64,000 nucleotides of DNA from Phoronis australis. Taxonomy: Eukaryota; Animalia; Phoronida. This document shows positions 24,264-36,338 of the stretch, one piece after another (position 1 is the stretch's first letter; each line of letters begins with the position of its first letter). Below the pieces are notes generated by a model. That model was not told the DNA's origin. It did not search any database and saw only the letters and a list, made by a program, of their open reading frames with translations. Position numbers and translations under genes: made by a program. The stretch is taken from the NCBI GenBank assembly GCA_002633005.1, contig NMRA01000308.1:310001-374000 (forward strand), read 5' to 3'.

Positions 24264-26930
24264 TTGTTTTATCGCTCACCTTCTCAATCTCCAACTGAAA
24301 GAAAACTCTACTTCAAAGCCCTAGCCGATCAGTTAGCGGAGCTTAACCGCAATAGCGTTAGTATAATCATAAATGCTGATTTCAATGCCCGAAACTCTAC
24401 ATTGTACAATGATGATCATGACAATACGGCCGGACTACAACTGTTTGATATTTTATTGTCTAATGACTGCATACAGCTAATTAATGAGCCAACCCGTATC
24501 ACCGACGTTTCTTATTCATGTATTGACCTCTGTATAACAAACAATTTGAGTATCATTGACTCATGTTCTGTACTACCTCCTGTTGGCAATTCTGATCACC
24601 ACACTATCGAAACCACTCTAACACATAAAAAACCGGTTAAGGAACAACACACCACTCGAACCAACTGGAAATATGATCAGATCGACACCGATAAACTGCG
24701 CCAGGATATCACCAACACTGACTGGGATTCCATATTGAACACTGGCTACATTGATGACACTGTTTCACTCTTTACTAGTACTCTCTATGAAATCTTAAAA
24801 AACAACATCCCATCAACTGAAAAGATAATTAAACACAACAGCCAACCGTGCTTCAACAGTAATGTTAAACGGGCAATCCGCACAAGAAACAGACTTTACA
24901 GCTCTTTCAGAAGATCTAACAACACTATAATCTACAACAGATACAAGGAGCAGTCACGTCTGGTTGAAACTTTAGTAAATCAAGCCAAAGCTGATCACCG
25001 ACACAAGCTTTTTCAACAAATTAACAGCGCAAGCAAGAATTCCAAAGAATACTGGAACATCATCAATAAAATACGCGGCAGTCAACAGCAATCCTCCTAT
25101 CCTGTCATCAACTATAATGGTAACCTAGCCTCACGTAGTAGTGACAAGTGTGATTTGTTTCTCAAATTTTTCACGAACAAAAGCCACATTACACCAACTG
25201 AAGTAAGTAACTTTCCCTTTCTTCGTGAACGTTGTCTCAATCAACTGTCTGACATCCCGGCTAATCAAACTGATGTCCGGAAGTATCTCAATGAAATTGA
25301 CCCCAATAAGAATGATGGCACAGCTTTAATAACCAGCAAGATGATCAAAATGATTGCCAACGAAATTACCATGCCCCTGACCAATCTGTTTAACAAACTT
25401 CTTCAGCTAGGCATTTATCCGTCTTCTTGGAAACATGGAATTATGGTCCCCATACACAAAAAAGGCTCCAAAACTGAAATTTCAAATTATCGCCCAATAA
25501 CATTACTTAACACCCTGTCCAAAATCTTTGAGAAGATCATTGCTCAAAGTATTCTTACATTTCTCAAACAAAACAACTTGATCTATCATCGTCAATTTGG
25601 TTTTTTGCGTGGGAACAGCACCGTGGCACAACTTGTTGAAATAGTACATGAGATTCATTTACATTTTGAGAAGGGAGAGAGTGTCAGGTCCATTTTTCTA
25701 GATATAGCTTCTGCTTTCGACTGTGTCCCTCACGACCTTCTACTTCACAAACTTCGATCCTATGGCATTACTGGTAATCTTTTAAACATGATCACCTCAT
25801 ATCTCTCCGAAAGAACATACAGTGTTCGTGTCGATGGCGTACTTTCAATTTTATCCCATCCTGGATTTGTAAACGCAGGTGTACCGCAGGGTAGCGTATT
25901 GGGCCCTCTTCTCTTCTTGGTTTATATTAATGACCTTCCTGATAACCTGTCATGTAGCACATACCTTTATGCAGATGACACGGCGCTTTTTTACCCCTTC
26001 GCAGGGAGCAGCCCTGAATGTTCTTTGCAGCTTCAACACGACTTAAATAAACTAAGCTATTGGTCACAAGAATGGAGAATGAATTTTAAACCAGAAAAAA
26101 GCGTTGACCTTACCTTCTCCAAATCTATTAATGCTCTCTTCCTTGTTGACCCGTCTTATGACCTTAAACTTAATGATGAAATCATTCCTAGAAAACAGTC
26201 GCACAGACATCTGGGTATACTGTTAGATGAAAAACTCTCATTCACCCCTCACGTTCGGGAGCTCGTACAAAAAACTCAGGAACTAATTAACCCACTTAAG
26301 CTTGTCTCTCGTCATCTGAATTCTACACATTTAGAAGTTTTGTTCAAGTCCTTTGTACTTCCACACATTGATTATTGTGATATTATATATCAGTCTGCCA
26401 ATACGGGTGCACTCCAACATTTGGAGAAGTTACAATATCAAGCCGCCTTACTCATAACTGGAGCTTACAGGGGATCCAATAGTGTTAAGGTTTTGAATAA
26501 TCTCAAGTGGCCCAAACTGTCTACTCGACGCAATCTTCACATGACCACATTTACGTTCAAGGTAATAAACAATGTCAACAACGTGTCTGTCAAAAAAATA
26601 TTTGATCTATATATTAGACAAGGCCATCGTAGTGATTTGAGATTCTCCACCCCATATGCAATTCCTCCGTCGTTCAGTCAGGCATTCAGAAGGTCTACAG
26701 TCATGATGTGCATCAACAACTGGAATTCTCTTCCAGTCTCTGTTAAGGAAAGCAACTCTTTTACGAGTATAAAAAATAATTTTAGAACTGTTTTTCATAA
26801 TTTTGATAACTCAATACCCTTGACTCAATTCTCCCTTACCCGCGATAACGAAATAGCATTGTACAGAACAAGATGTGGCCTTTTCCTCAACTCTGACAAG
26901 TTCAGGCACAAATGTCTCTCCAAACTGTAA
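24264..26930 (+). CDS. LINE ORF2: C-terminal part of APE endonuclease + reverse transcriptase
   Basis: Motifs YRSP, ADFN, IDL, SDH (APE) and NYRPITLL, FLDIASAFD, GVPQGSVLGPLLF, YADD, HLG (RT). An 888-codon open frame. Confidence 0.92.
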   Translation: MFYRSPSQSPTERKLYFKALADQLAELNRNSVSIIINADFNARNSTLYNDDHDNTAGLQLFDILLSNDCIQLINEPTRITDVSYSCIDLCITNNLSIIDSCSVLPPVGNSDHHTIETTLTHKKPVKEQHTTRTNWKYDQIDTDKLRQDITNTDWDSILNTGYIDDTVSLFTSTLYEILKNNIPSTEKIIKHNSQPCFNSNVKRAIRTRNRLYSSFRRSNNTIIYNRYKEQSRLVETLVNQAKADHRHKLFQQINSASKNSKEYWNIINKIRGSQQQSSYPVINYNGNLASRSSDKCDLFLKFFTNKSHITPTEVSNFPFLRERCLNQLSDIPANQTDVRKYLNEIDPNKNDGTALITSKMIKMIANEITMPLTNLFNKLLQLGIYPSSWKHGIMVPIHKKGSKTEISNYRPITLLNTLSKIFEKIIAQSILTFLKQNNLIYHRQFGFLRGNSTVAQLVEIVHEIHLHFEKGESVRSIFLDIASAFDCVPHDLLLHKLRSYGITGNLLNMITSYLSERTYSVRVDGVLSILSHPGFVNAGVPQGSVLGPLLFLVYINDLPDNLSCSTYLYADDTALFYPFAGSSPECSLQLQHDLNKLSYWSQEWRMNFKPEKSVDLTFSKSINALFLVDPSYDLKLNDEIIPRKQSHRHLGILLDEKLSFTPHVRELVQKTQELINPLKLVSRHLNSTHLEVLFKSFVLPHIDYCDIIYQSANTGALQHLEKLQYQAALLITGAYRGSNSVKVLNNLKWPKLSTRRNLHMTTFTFKVINNVNNVSVKKIFDLYIRQGHRSDLRFSTPYAIPPSFSQAFRRSTVMMCINNWNSLPVSVKESNSFTSIKNNFRTVFHNFDNSIPLTQFSLTRDNEIALYRTRCGLFLNSDKFRHKCLSKL

Positions 26931-27183
26931 ATGTGGTGACCATCAATCTTATCCTCATGTTTTCTACAAATGTCCCCTCATCGAATCCCTGAGAGACTCA
27001 CTCTTTCGTGCACTCAATGATAACCAATCAATTGTTAACGCTCTCAATTCTTGTAATAATATCACTACTAGAGTTACATTATTACTGAATGGTAGTCCTA
27101 ACTTTGACTTTGTTCTCAACGAATTCCTCCTAAGCAACGTTAGTAAATTTTTATGTACCGTTTATCAATATTGTTGCATCTGA
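26905..27183 (+). pseudogene. Frameshifted C-terminus of LINE ORF2 (CCHC-type zinc knuckle)
   Basis: SPNCKCGDHQSYPHVFYKCP continues LNSDKFRH of ORF2 in a shifted frame. Confidence 0.8.
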
Positions 27184-28870
27184 TTTCCCTACATGAATCT
27201 GTACATATTTTTGTTTTTATATATCTGTAATAGCATGTCTAAGTATTGGAATATTTATTTTAGATACTACTTAATTGTATATACCTCTATGTATATAAGT
27301 TTCATTTATGAATTGTTTACAACCCAGATATAATGCTTTGCGGTTTCTGGGTTTGTTATTATTTCTTTGTATGTTCTGTGTATCCTTCAATAAATATATA
27401 TCACAGTGAACTGCTTGAGTGTACTGGAATACGCAACGGTTCCTAGCCCTCGCACACAACAACGGAGGAAAAATTAAGCGAATCTCATGGTACTTTTTCA
27501 TTGAAAATTAGCAGTCGTAATAACCAAGAAACGATACAGTCGATTCTCATTTTTTGTTTTCTTTTAGTCTTACAACTTTGCATCAAGGTGACGCCCTCAT
27601 AACGTCAATAAGCTTCTTGTTACTTACTGTTGTAAATCTGATCTTTACTTTTTCCTCGCTCTCCCTGGCTTGCGAACAACATGCTCTTTAGCTTGCTTGA
27701 GATTAAGCTCGATAAATTGACTTAAAACATTTTATGCTCCCAGCGTACCGAATAGTATGTTCTTCTCCACACCCGAAACCATTCCTCACTTGAGCAATAA
27801 ACTGGAATCAGCTTTATTGTGGAAAGTGGTATAAATCAAAAAGTTTTTTATGACTGTTTGACTAAAATACAATTCTGTGTGTACTTACGAAGACAGCGGT
27901 GACCAAAATATAGACCCTAAGCGCGTGACTTGCTTTTCTCGTGTACCGGTAGCTCCTCGTCTGTCATTCTTCGGTCTGTGCCACTCACATTTGTGTGGAT
28001 TACACAAGACGCTGTGACGAGTTGCATGCTTTGTACTGTTTCTGCGCTTCGCCAACTGACAATTTTAAAGTTTTGTAACAAACATTATTTTACTTCTCCG
28101 CGAATGCCTGTCGTGTTACTGGGGGAATTTCATTAATCTTACCCCTGTTTAACCACGTTTTTACGAAAAGCTTTTTGATGATCGAATAAAGACCTACAGC
28201 AAAATTAATCAGTAGCAGGTTGTGCAGTCACCATCGATTAGACAAGTTCAAATTTCGTCGATAGCATAAATTTACAAACAGTGGATGTGGAGGTGGTAAA
28301 TAAAAACAAAAAAGAATGCGATGTCAGTAAGCCAGTGCTTTGCGCCGGGACTACTTCTGCGTGGTTTTTCATAGACAGCAACGGTATTAGTGACTGGGAA
28401 TATACAGAACTAAGAGATGTCTTAGCATCCCCGTTTTAGCGCGCATACCCAATTTATATTGGCCCGACGCTTCACTTCAGGGAAGAAATTTGAGTGAAAC
28501 TTCAGCAACTTACTTCAACCGTACTTTTTGCTTTTATGGTGCCCAAATTTTGGTGAGTGGGCCCCATTATCATTTCAAGATCCTCATCATGGTAATGACG
28601 TCAACCAATTTGTGACTTCACAAAATGTGAATGATTATTTAATTTCTAAATTCTAAACAGGTCACAATTTCACACTACTCGGGTTGCTCAGCTCGTCACC
28701 TTCAGGTGAACCTATTCAACGTCTAGAGCCTGACTACCGGCGAGGGGTGCATGCACAATCTTGGAGTCAGCCGACACTTGTTTTCCCGTTTCAGCCGTAT
28801 AAGTGGAAAACTATAATAAATAAAGATTATTACATGGCGAAGTCGTTATCCCCCGTTATCCAGAGCCCGA

Positions 28871-28936
28871 GTGGATTTTAGAGAACTATCGCCCGAGGGG
28901 CGTTCGCCCCGAGGGTGATAATTCTCCAAAATCCAC
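28871..28936. repeat. ~32-bp imperfect hairpin, probably a non-autonomous transposon end
   Basis: gtggattttagagaactatcgcccgaggggcg-tt-cgccccgagggtgataattctccaaaatccac. Confidence 0.6.
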
Positions 28937-29483
28937 ATTTATACCACATACTAAAAGAGAAACATTGCAATGAGTCGATCTACCTTTCTCGTCTCGCCTC
29001 GGCTTTGTAACTACTTTCTATGTCAGAGGCCCGGGGTCGGAGGTCATGACCTTCGAAGAAAAGCTGAGCTATTTTTGTCAAATAATGCTTATACTCAAAA
29101 CCAATTGGAAATTTAAACAAAATAAAAATGAAGTGAATCTATAAATTAAGGTTTAGCAACTATTATAGCTTACTACACATTTTTATCAAGCCAAGCTTCG
29201 ACCGGGAAAATATCGTCTGCTAAAGTAGATTACCACTAGTAACTGACTATAATGCTCAAGTCAAAGGATCCCGACGACACGATACCCGCATTCAAATTGA
29301 AGATCGGTGATTTACAAATGAGAGAACACGAGAGAAAAATTTCACTGAATTAAAATATCGTTTTTATTGAAATTATGCGTCTTATTTTTCATAGCGTATC
29401 AATGTCGGTGCAATGCCCTTTGCTGAACATGCGATTATTGCGCGTGCTCATTAAGTATTCTATTTTCACGTTCGATGACGTCA

Positions 29484-29560
29484 GCCGCTGAACGATGTAG
29501 TGGTAAAGTCGTCGACTCGAAACTCTTGACGCCCGGGTTCGAATCCAGCCTCGGTTTCCC
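29484..29560 (+). mobile_element. tRNA-derived SINE head (Pol III A/B boxes)
   Basis: A-box-like GATGTAGTGG and B box GGTTCGAATCC at tRNA spacing, without a clean acceptor or anticodon stem. Confidence 0.5.
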
Positions 29561-29619
29561 GCCAAAACTAGTAAGATAATTTTATGGGTTATTACACTGC
29601 TGTATCTGACATTCGAGGC

Positions 29620-29888
29620 TAATATTGTGGGGATGTTTAAGAACATGGATGATAAATCAGTGCAATTTCCCTCTGCAGTTAAATATGTCTTCCGCCTTGT
29701 TTGGAGACCCAGCCTGTAGATTAGAAGCTGTAAATTTAATTCTTTGCTTAGCGAAATTCCACTTATATAGACAAAGATTACAAAAGACTAAGCCCAATTT
29801 TCAGTCATTTTTACGTGAGGTATATGATTACTACAACCTGGAAAAAATAATTTACAATGATAAATTGGATCTTGAGAGATTCCAGGCA
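29620..29888 (+). mobile_element. L1/Tx1-clade LINE ORF2 C-terminal fragment, cut by the gap
   Basis: NLILCLAKFHLYRQRLQKTKPNFQSFLREVYDYYNLEKII resembles the L1/Tx1 ORF2 C-terminal N-x-I-x3-AK-x2-IY...P...F pattern. Confidence 0.65.
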
Positions 29889-29986
29889 NNNNNNNNNNNN
29901 NNNNNNNNNNNNNNNNNNNNNNNNNNNNNNNNNNNNNNNNNNNNNNNNNNNNNNNNNNNNNNNNNNNNNNNNNNNNNNNNNNNNNN
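29889..29986. other. Assembly gap
   Basis: 98 consecutive Ns. Confidence 1.
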
Positions 29987-30100
29987 GAAGTGTATCCAGA
30001 CCCGTACGCAGGCACCCAGTTTGCATGGAACTCATTGCTGGCAACTGGGCTTGGCTTAGGGGCAATGGCAGCTACGTACGCGCTGTTCAAGTTCAAATAA
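29987..30100 (+). CDS. 3' end of a tail-anchored membrane protein (possibly Bcl-2 family), 5' part lost in the gap
   Basis: Open frame EVYPDPYAGTQFAWNSLLATGLGLGAMAATYALFKFK*: a C-terminal TM helix with a basic end, followed by AT-rich UTR-like DNA. Confidence 0.5.
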   Translation, partial: EVYPDPYAGTQFAWNSLLATGLGLGAMAATYALFKFK

Positions 30101-31069
30101 GTGGTAGAAACAAGAGAAACTAACAAAATAATTTCCAATGATCTTAAAAAAACCATAAATATTAAACATAAATATAAACGTATTGAGTTTACTTATGTGT
30201 TATATGTATCTCTGTTCTCTAAATCATCAACTACTGCTATAGCAGTAGATGATGATTTAGAGAACAGAGAGAACAGTCATTTACGCTACCGCAGGGAGGG
30301 GGCGCAGCAGCGATTCTGCCTCAGCAGCCACAAGCTGGGACCCCATCACGAAAATGGTCGGAACAGCTGAAAACAAAGAAGCTTCAACGCGAAACAACGG
30401 CTTACATCCTTCTATTCTTCTCGGCTATAAACTCAACATGGGCAGGAGACACATCCTTGAGAAAACGTCTATTGTCAATCTGTGTTTATTTTCCATGGTC
30501 ATTTAGGACGGCTATAAACCCGCGATCCGTTTTAAGAAGCGAACTTTTAATTTAATTCTTGTTATCGCCAAGAATTAGTCTAAATTTGTCCCTTGCGCAG
30601 ATAAGAAATGATCTGTGAATTTGCTAAGAACTGACAATTTGCCATTATTTGAGGCCATGATGGTTGCATGACATGACACGCTGTAACATAGCCAAGTGGT
30701 GAGGTCTCAAGCATTAACAATTGTTTTGAAGCCCTGAGATCACCCTATGAATAAAGTGGGAGACAAATTTCATAACCTTTGATGTCAGTAAAAATTTTCG
30801 TAACTTCATTTCGTATGTTGCTCCTATTGTAGATGTGACAAATTTGCTCTGACGCACTTTTGACCGCACTCCTGACTTTTCTGGAATTCCACCCCTCCCC
30901 TAGAGAATTAGTTGTACACCTAACGCTGCCACTGATTCGTATCTGTTCCACACCAAGTAACAGCTCATAGCAACAAGACCATATTCACAGGTTAAAACCA
31001 TTAATTAAATACTAATCAATATTTTTATTTTTATCTCAAAAGAGGAAGAAATTGGAAGAAGACAATCTG

Positions 31070-31839
31070 TCACGGTTCATCATGCAGAGGTACAGTTTTT
31101 CTGTTTGACCTCACGTTGACCTTTCTATGCGCATTCTTGTAACCAGAATTACCAAATAATTTATCTCTAACATATTTTAACTTCCCTAAAATTGTCTCCT
31201 GAACACTATTACTTTTTGTACCGTCGTCTTCACTCGATCCAACAAAACGACTTCGGGCATGCACGTTTTTGTCGAACATTGGGCCCCAAGTTACTGTTTT
31301 ATCATGATTGTCATCTGATGCTTCATCCGGAACTGTTTCCGATTCTGGCTTCTCGTCGGAGTGAATCGTTTTGCCAGGTAGGCAGTCCGAGCCAATGCAA
31401 GGTCCGTTAGGAGTGTGATGCGGAGTGTTTCGAGTATCCACGTCTCTTACTTCACCCTTGTGTATTTGGGAGCTTCCTAAACAATCGCCTCCTATACACG
31501 GCCCTTGGGCATTGGAATGTTTACCGTCTTCATCACGTTTCTCAGCTTCTTGGTCGTTTGTCTCCCCCATAAGCTGTTTCAACCACTCGCACGACATGCC
31601 TATACAGGGACCAAACTTCTGTGAATGAGTTCCTAACTCATCTCCTGAGGTTTCGTGACCTAATTTAGACTCTCGTTTGCCAAAAAGTCTTTTGGTCAGG
31701 CATTCCATATTCTCACAAGGTCCTCCCTTCTCTGAGTGGTGAACCTCCTCTGATTGATCTTCATGTGAGTGTAATGATTGATCATTTAAACACTCCATGC
31801 CTACACAGGGTCCAAACTTACGACGCAATTGAGCATTCC
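31070..31839 (-). CDS. Secreted prepropeptide with five GPC-x4-C repeats, exon 2
   Basis: Phase-1 acceptor ttctcttgcag|GG AAT GCT CAA TTG CGT CGT AAG. 770-nt open frame with repeats GPCVGMEC, GPCENMEC, GPCIGMSC, GPCIGGDC and GPCIGSDC, and RRK/KR/GKR sites. AATAAA at 31029-31024. Confidence 0.88.
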
Positions 31840-32929
31840 CTGCAAGAGAAATATAAGTTCAGAAATGCATGATCTATGCTGCGGAAAGTTTGACACCCTG
31901 TTTTACAAAGTAGTAACTTTCTTATCTAGCGTTCGGTCATGGAACCTGTCTATTTCTAGACATAGCTCTCGACTACGAACTTTGCCCGCTTCCAAAGTGA
32001 CATCTGGAGGAGTGGCTCTGGGAAAGGACAATGTCTTGAGTATTGACAGAGAACGTGAACAGGAGGATACAGAATTGCAAGGAATGCATCGTGTGTTGTT
32101 GCTGTTGGAACAAACTGAATTCACAAAGGGATTTCTCTGGACATTTCTCACCTTATAACCAATAGGAATTCCCGAAAGTTACTTATTTCTGTTACAATAA
32201 GTTAACCAACAAGAAGCCACGCCCACCATACAGTAATATGGCTCATTATTCTCCAGTACTGATTTATCAGCTCTACCCAAGTCCAGGGGTAACTTCTGAT
32301 CTGAGTAAGGTACAAGTATTGAGACCGACCAACTTCATTGCATTCATTAGACTGATACTAGAGCTCTTGCTGCATCAAAACAATTGATCAGCGGCCATTT
32401 TTGCTTTTGGGAAGTGGCCTTTGTTTGTCCTTCTTTTTGTTTATAATGTATCTTTCCCGAACTGTTTTTGAGAGGATTCACGAGATGTCGTGATTTCCAT
32501 CGTTGGCAGCACTGACATACTTTTAAATTCCGCAGCTGACTTTGTGGCAGCCCACTCGACTTGTTATCTGACAGTTAACGTGAAGTAATTCGTAACAACA
32601 ACCTCTAAAAAGGCTTGCACGCCATAACCAAAAGGACGCTCTACTGAAAAATTATACATATATTTATTGCCCAGACAATAATACAAAACCAGTCTGAGGT
32701 TGGGCGCCTCAGATCAAAAGAATATAATATTGACCAATAAATATATACGGCAATAAAATGTAACGGGGAATGGGGACCGGGGGAAGGACTTTCACGCGCC
32801 ATTCATACACACACACTTACGCCCTGCTGTTATGATGTCTGATGAAATTATGTGCTATATAAATACATACGTATGAAAAAAATAATAATAGTAGAACTTT
32901 GATCATTTCTAGAATACTAATTAAAAGCA

Positions 32930-34120
32930 TGCGTGCAGACCTCTCCATTTATCCACATTTGTGTCTGAGGTATCTGTTAAAATTATGTTTATAAACGTTT
33001 GTAACTTCAACATGAAATCGTTAAAAAGGAGAGTCGTTTTCTACCTTTGATGAATGATAAATGAAGTAAAGTAAAGTGCAAGTGTATTAATGGTATTGCA
33101 AATTAATTTGTGATTTTGGTTAGAGTTTTGAACGAAATCTGACATGCCCCAAATCGTAAACATGTACTGAGCATCTAGGGTTTTATTTAATAGTGCTTGC
33201 ACTGATTCCCAGAAAGTCCTGACACAGGTGCAATATTAAAACATATGAAGTAAAATCTGCAACTTATCACAATAGGAGCACTTATCAGTATGTATAGAAC
33301 AATCTTTAAACCAATCTTTACTACAACTATTATAATTAATAAAATGAAGGTTTTTACAACCAATAGATCTTGCTTCTAGTTCGCCAAGTTGCTTCCTCAG
33401 TGCACTAACAACAACATTGTATTGCAATATACAAAAATTCTTGAGATTGTATTTGTTTTTGATAAAATCCCGGCGAAGAATTTTATTTTCATTATCTAGA
33501 AAATCTTCGCAACATAACAGCCCTGCTTCAAACATTTCGCAACAAAGCAATGGTTTATTACTATGTACGTTTCGACTAATCCACAAGACCTGTTTGTTAA
33601 TAGGAATATTCTTGAAAACGTCTATATTCAAAGGCTCTAAGCTTTTAAACACTTGAGTATGAAAGGAATTGTTAATTCACATTTTCAAATTTCTTAAATG
33701 GAAGTTTGAAAAGAAAATAAGGTCACCACCCAATATAGTTAAAAGAGACTTGGGATAAATTTTCCAACTTCCATTTCCCCCTGAATTTATTCGTTTGACC
33801 CAATTGAACATTAGGCTATTTTTAGTTATTTCCACCCTAGGATATTTTAACCCTCCTTCTTCATATGGAAGTCCGTGACAGATTCCTTTATTCTTGGTGG
33901 TTTACCACACCAAATAAAATCTCTAATTATTTTATCTATTTCTAAAATCCTATTTTTTGTAACTTCGATATTGACTAAAACGGGATTCAACCTTGACAAA
34001 CCGTAAGTTTTTACAACATGAATCCTCCCCGTGTTCGTCAAATGTCTAGTTTTCCAAATATTTAATAGATCTTTTAATTTCTGAATTTTATTACCACAAT
34101 TTATCAAACTAATTGAAAAT
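32930..34120 (-). mobile_element. Decayed L1/Tx1-clade LINE ORF2 fragment in the prepropeptide intron
   Basis: KIQKLKDLLNIWKTRHLTNTGRIHVVKTYGLSRL...IDKIIRDFIWCGKPPRIK (post-RT region) and a C-terminal CSYC...LLHMF zinc-knuckle remnant, with many frameshifts. Confidence 0.8.
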
Positions 34121-34907
34121 GTCTACGTTTTAGCAATAGTGTGAATCAAATGCAGCTTTACCTGCTTTATATAGTCATATCAATGAACGTCTGACATAAA
34201 TGCATCCTGAATAATAAAAACATGTTGCTTCAACACGGCATACATCTCAGTACTTGATCGTTGCTTCAACACGGCATGCATCTAAGTACTTGATAGACAC
34301 TTGTAGCAGTTTTATATTTTAATAATGACAAAAGATTTAAAACAACCCAACGCTCAAAGAATGAGAGCCGTAAAAGGTGGCCACTTTTAGACCCCCTGTG
34401 GACACCAGCACCTAGTCACCAGAGGAGACCTTTCATCAAACAAGGTCGAGTTTCATCACAAAATTCAATTTTTCTGCGCTGTAAATTATGTGAAGTGCCA
34501 CAAACTTCCACTCCACTCTAGTAAGGACACTAATAAGTTTTACTGCACGGCTCACTGAAGTTTTAACACGTTAATCCAGGCTTATTTCTGCGTTGTTTGT
34601 GCTATCGACAAACTAATTAGTCTCCCATTGAGCTGTTAGGGGGAGCTTTTAAGACTAAGAAAACCATGCATTTCATACAGAAAAGAGTGAGTTAGTTTCA
34701 CGCAAGCGCTAACGCCCAGTCCTGAATAGCCTGGGTCTAGCCTCCAGTCGGCTTTAAAACAAGCCGAAAATACAACCAGTTCCTGACTATTGACGTCCTT
34801 ATTGGGAAAGTCAAGTGAGATGATACTCAGACAATAAGATCAGTAACGTGTTCCGGTTACCCAGAGCAGAAAAGTATAAGAAAATCTTGCGATGTGGGTA
34901 CCAACCT

Positions 34908-35068
34908 CAGGGGCGAATCCAGGATTTTGAGTTAGGGGGGAGGGGCATGGCAGAGTATTAGACAGCATTTTGCCCGTCAGATATTCGTACCCCCGAACTG
35001 CCTAATGGAATCTGGGAGAATTTTAGGGGGGGCATGGCCCCCTTGGCCCCCCTCTATATCCACCACTG
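34908..35068. mobile_element. MITE (CAGGGGCG...CCACTG) with imperfect 5-bp TSD
   Basis: AACCT|CAGGGGCGAATCCAGG...ATATCCACCACTG|AAACT. Inverted homologue at ~62290-62421 and a relative at ~39308-39455. Confidence 0.6.
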
Positions 35069-36338
35069 AAACTGCGCCCTTGTTGGGAGGGCCAACCTTC
35101 GTTGCTAAGTTTCTATAATCAATCATGAGGCAAAATAGATCGGAACTGGGTAGGGTACTATTCTAAGTTCTAATTTACTAGTAATAAATGACTTGTGTAG
35201 CTGTCGGTGATACCACCAGTATTGACTACCCAGTTACACATGCAGAATCACGCATGCACGCACGCATAACTGTAAATGACGCTGATCCCTTTACACAGCT
35301 GTTGCACAGCGCCATATTGTGTTGTGAAGGACGCTTGCCGCTCCTAAGACAATTAAACATATGTTATCACATTTAAAATCAATGAAAACAAAAAGAATGG
35401 AACACCTTTTCTATTTTTGAATAGAATGCTCTTGGCCCTGACTAAATCAGATACGATTTCGTTTTGATTTTCGCTTGTTAAAAATGCGTATACTAGTCCG
35501 TCTCGAGTCTAATTTCGCCACTGGGTCACACTGCTACGCCCTTGAGTTAAGTTTCTAGTTCCTCAGCTCGGTAAAAATGGTTCCAGGTGTTCAGAACAGT
35601 GGGTCCACATGCGCAGCGTAAGCAGTGGTCTGGTACAACGTGTATCAGACCCGCCTGCGATTACTTTCTATAATTTCGACAGTGATACTAAAAGTTAGTA
35701 CGTCTGCCACGTGACATTCACTATAAACGTTGATAATACCACGGGGCTAGGGATACGTCTAATAGTAAACGTTATTTTGGAGCTAAATGATTACAAAAAA
35801 ATCCATTTTAGGGGTAAAACATCGAATTTGAAAGACATTCCAAAGTGGAATGTCTGAACATCACGTAACATTGTTCAAAATGTTTTCTGTACCATTCATT
35901 TGCGAAAAGTTACCACTTAAATTTGTTAAATGAACTATTTTATAGGTTTTGACCGGTTGACTAGTTGCTTGACGACCGCGTGATAAAATTATCTTTGGAG
36001 TTCGAAATCCACTCTCCGAACTGCAATAAAAATCGAGGTCCAACCTAATTTGTTACTTTCAATTGTACTAAGTATGAACTCTGATTTCGTAGCCCAGTAC
36101 GCCTACATTATGGGTTTTCCTTAATCTGTAGGTAATCCATGTTTGCACATTTTATGTTTTGTGACAACATGCATGCACTACCTCGTTAATGAATAAGATT
36201 GTATTCTCATTTCAGTGATTTGTTATAGACTATAGGACAATAATGACCGGAAGGTTGCGAGCCACAAAAGGAAAGTTGCTCAAGTCGGATTTGGTCATGA
36301 AATGAAAACCAAGTATCTTTTGAAAATATTTCACTTAC

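Larger units (their letters stand above)
24020..27398 (+). mobile_element. Non-LTR retrotransposon (CR1/L2 group), 5'-truncated
   Basis: APE-RT-CCHC ORF2, AT-rich 3' UTR and AATAAA at ~27389. Possible TATCAC duplication at 24014-19 / 27399-404. The 5' boundary is uncertain. Confidence 0.85.

Noticed and set aside
29484-29560. Functional tRNA gene
   Set aside because: Acceptor and anticodon stems do not pair properly; treated as a SINE head.
31070-31839. Oxytocin/vasopressin or NG-peptide orthologue
   Set aside because: The ring size matches, but there is no neurophysin domain, there are multiple copies, and the ring residues and position differ.
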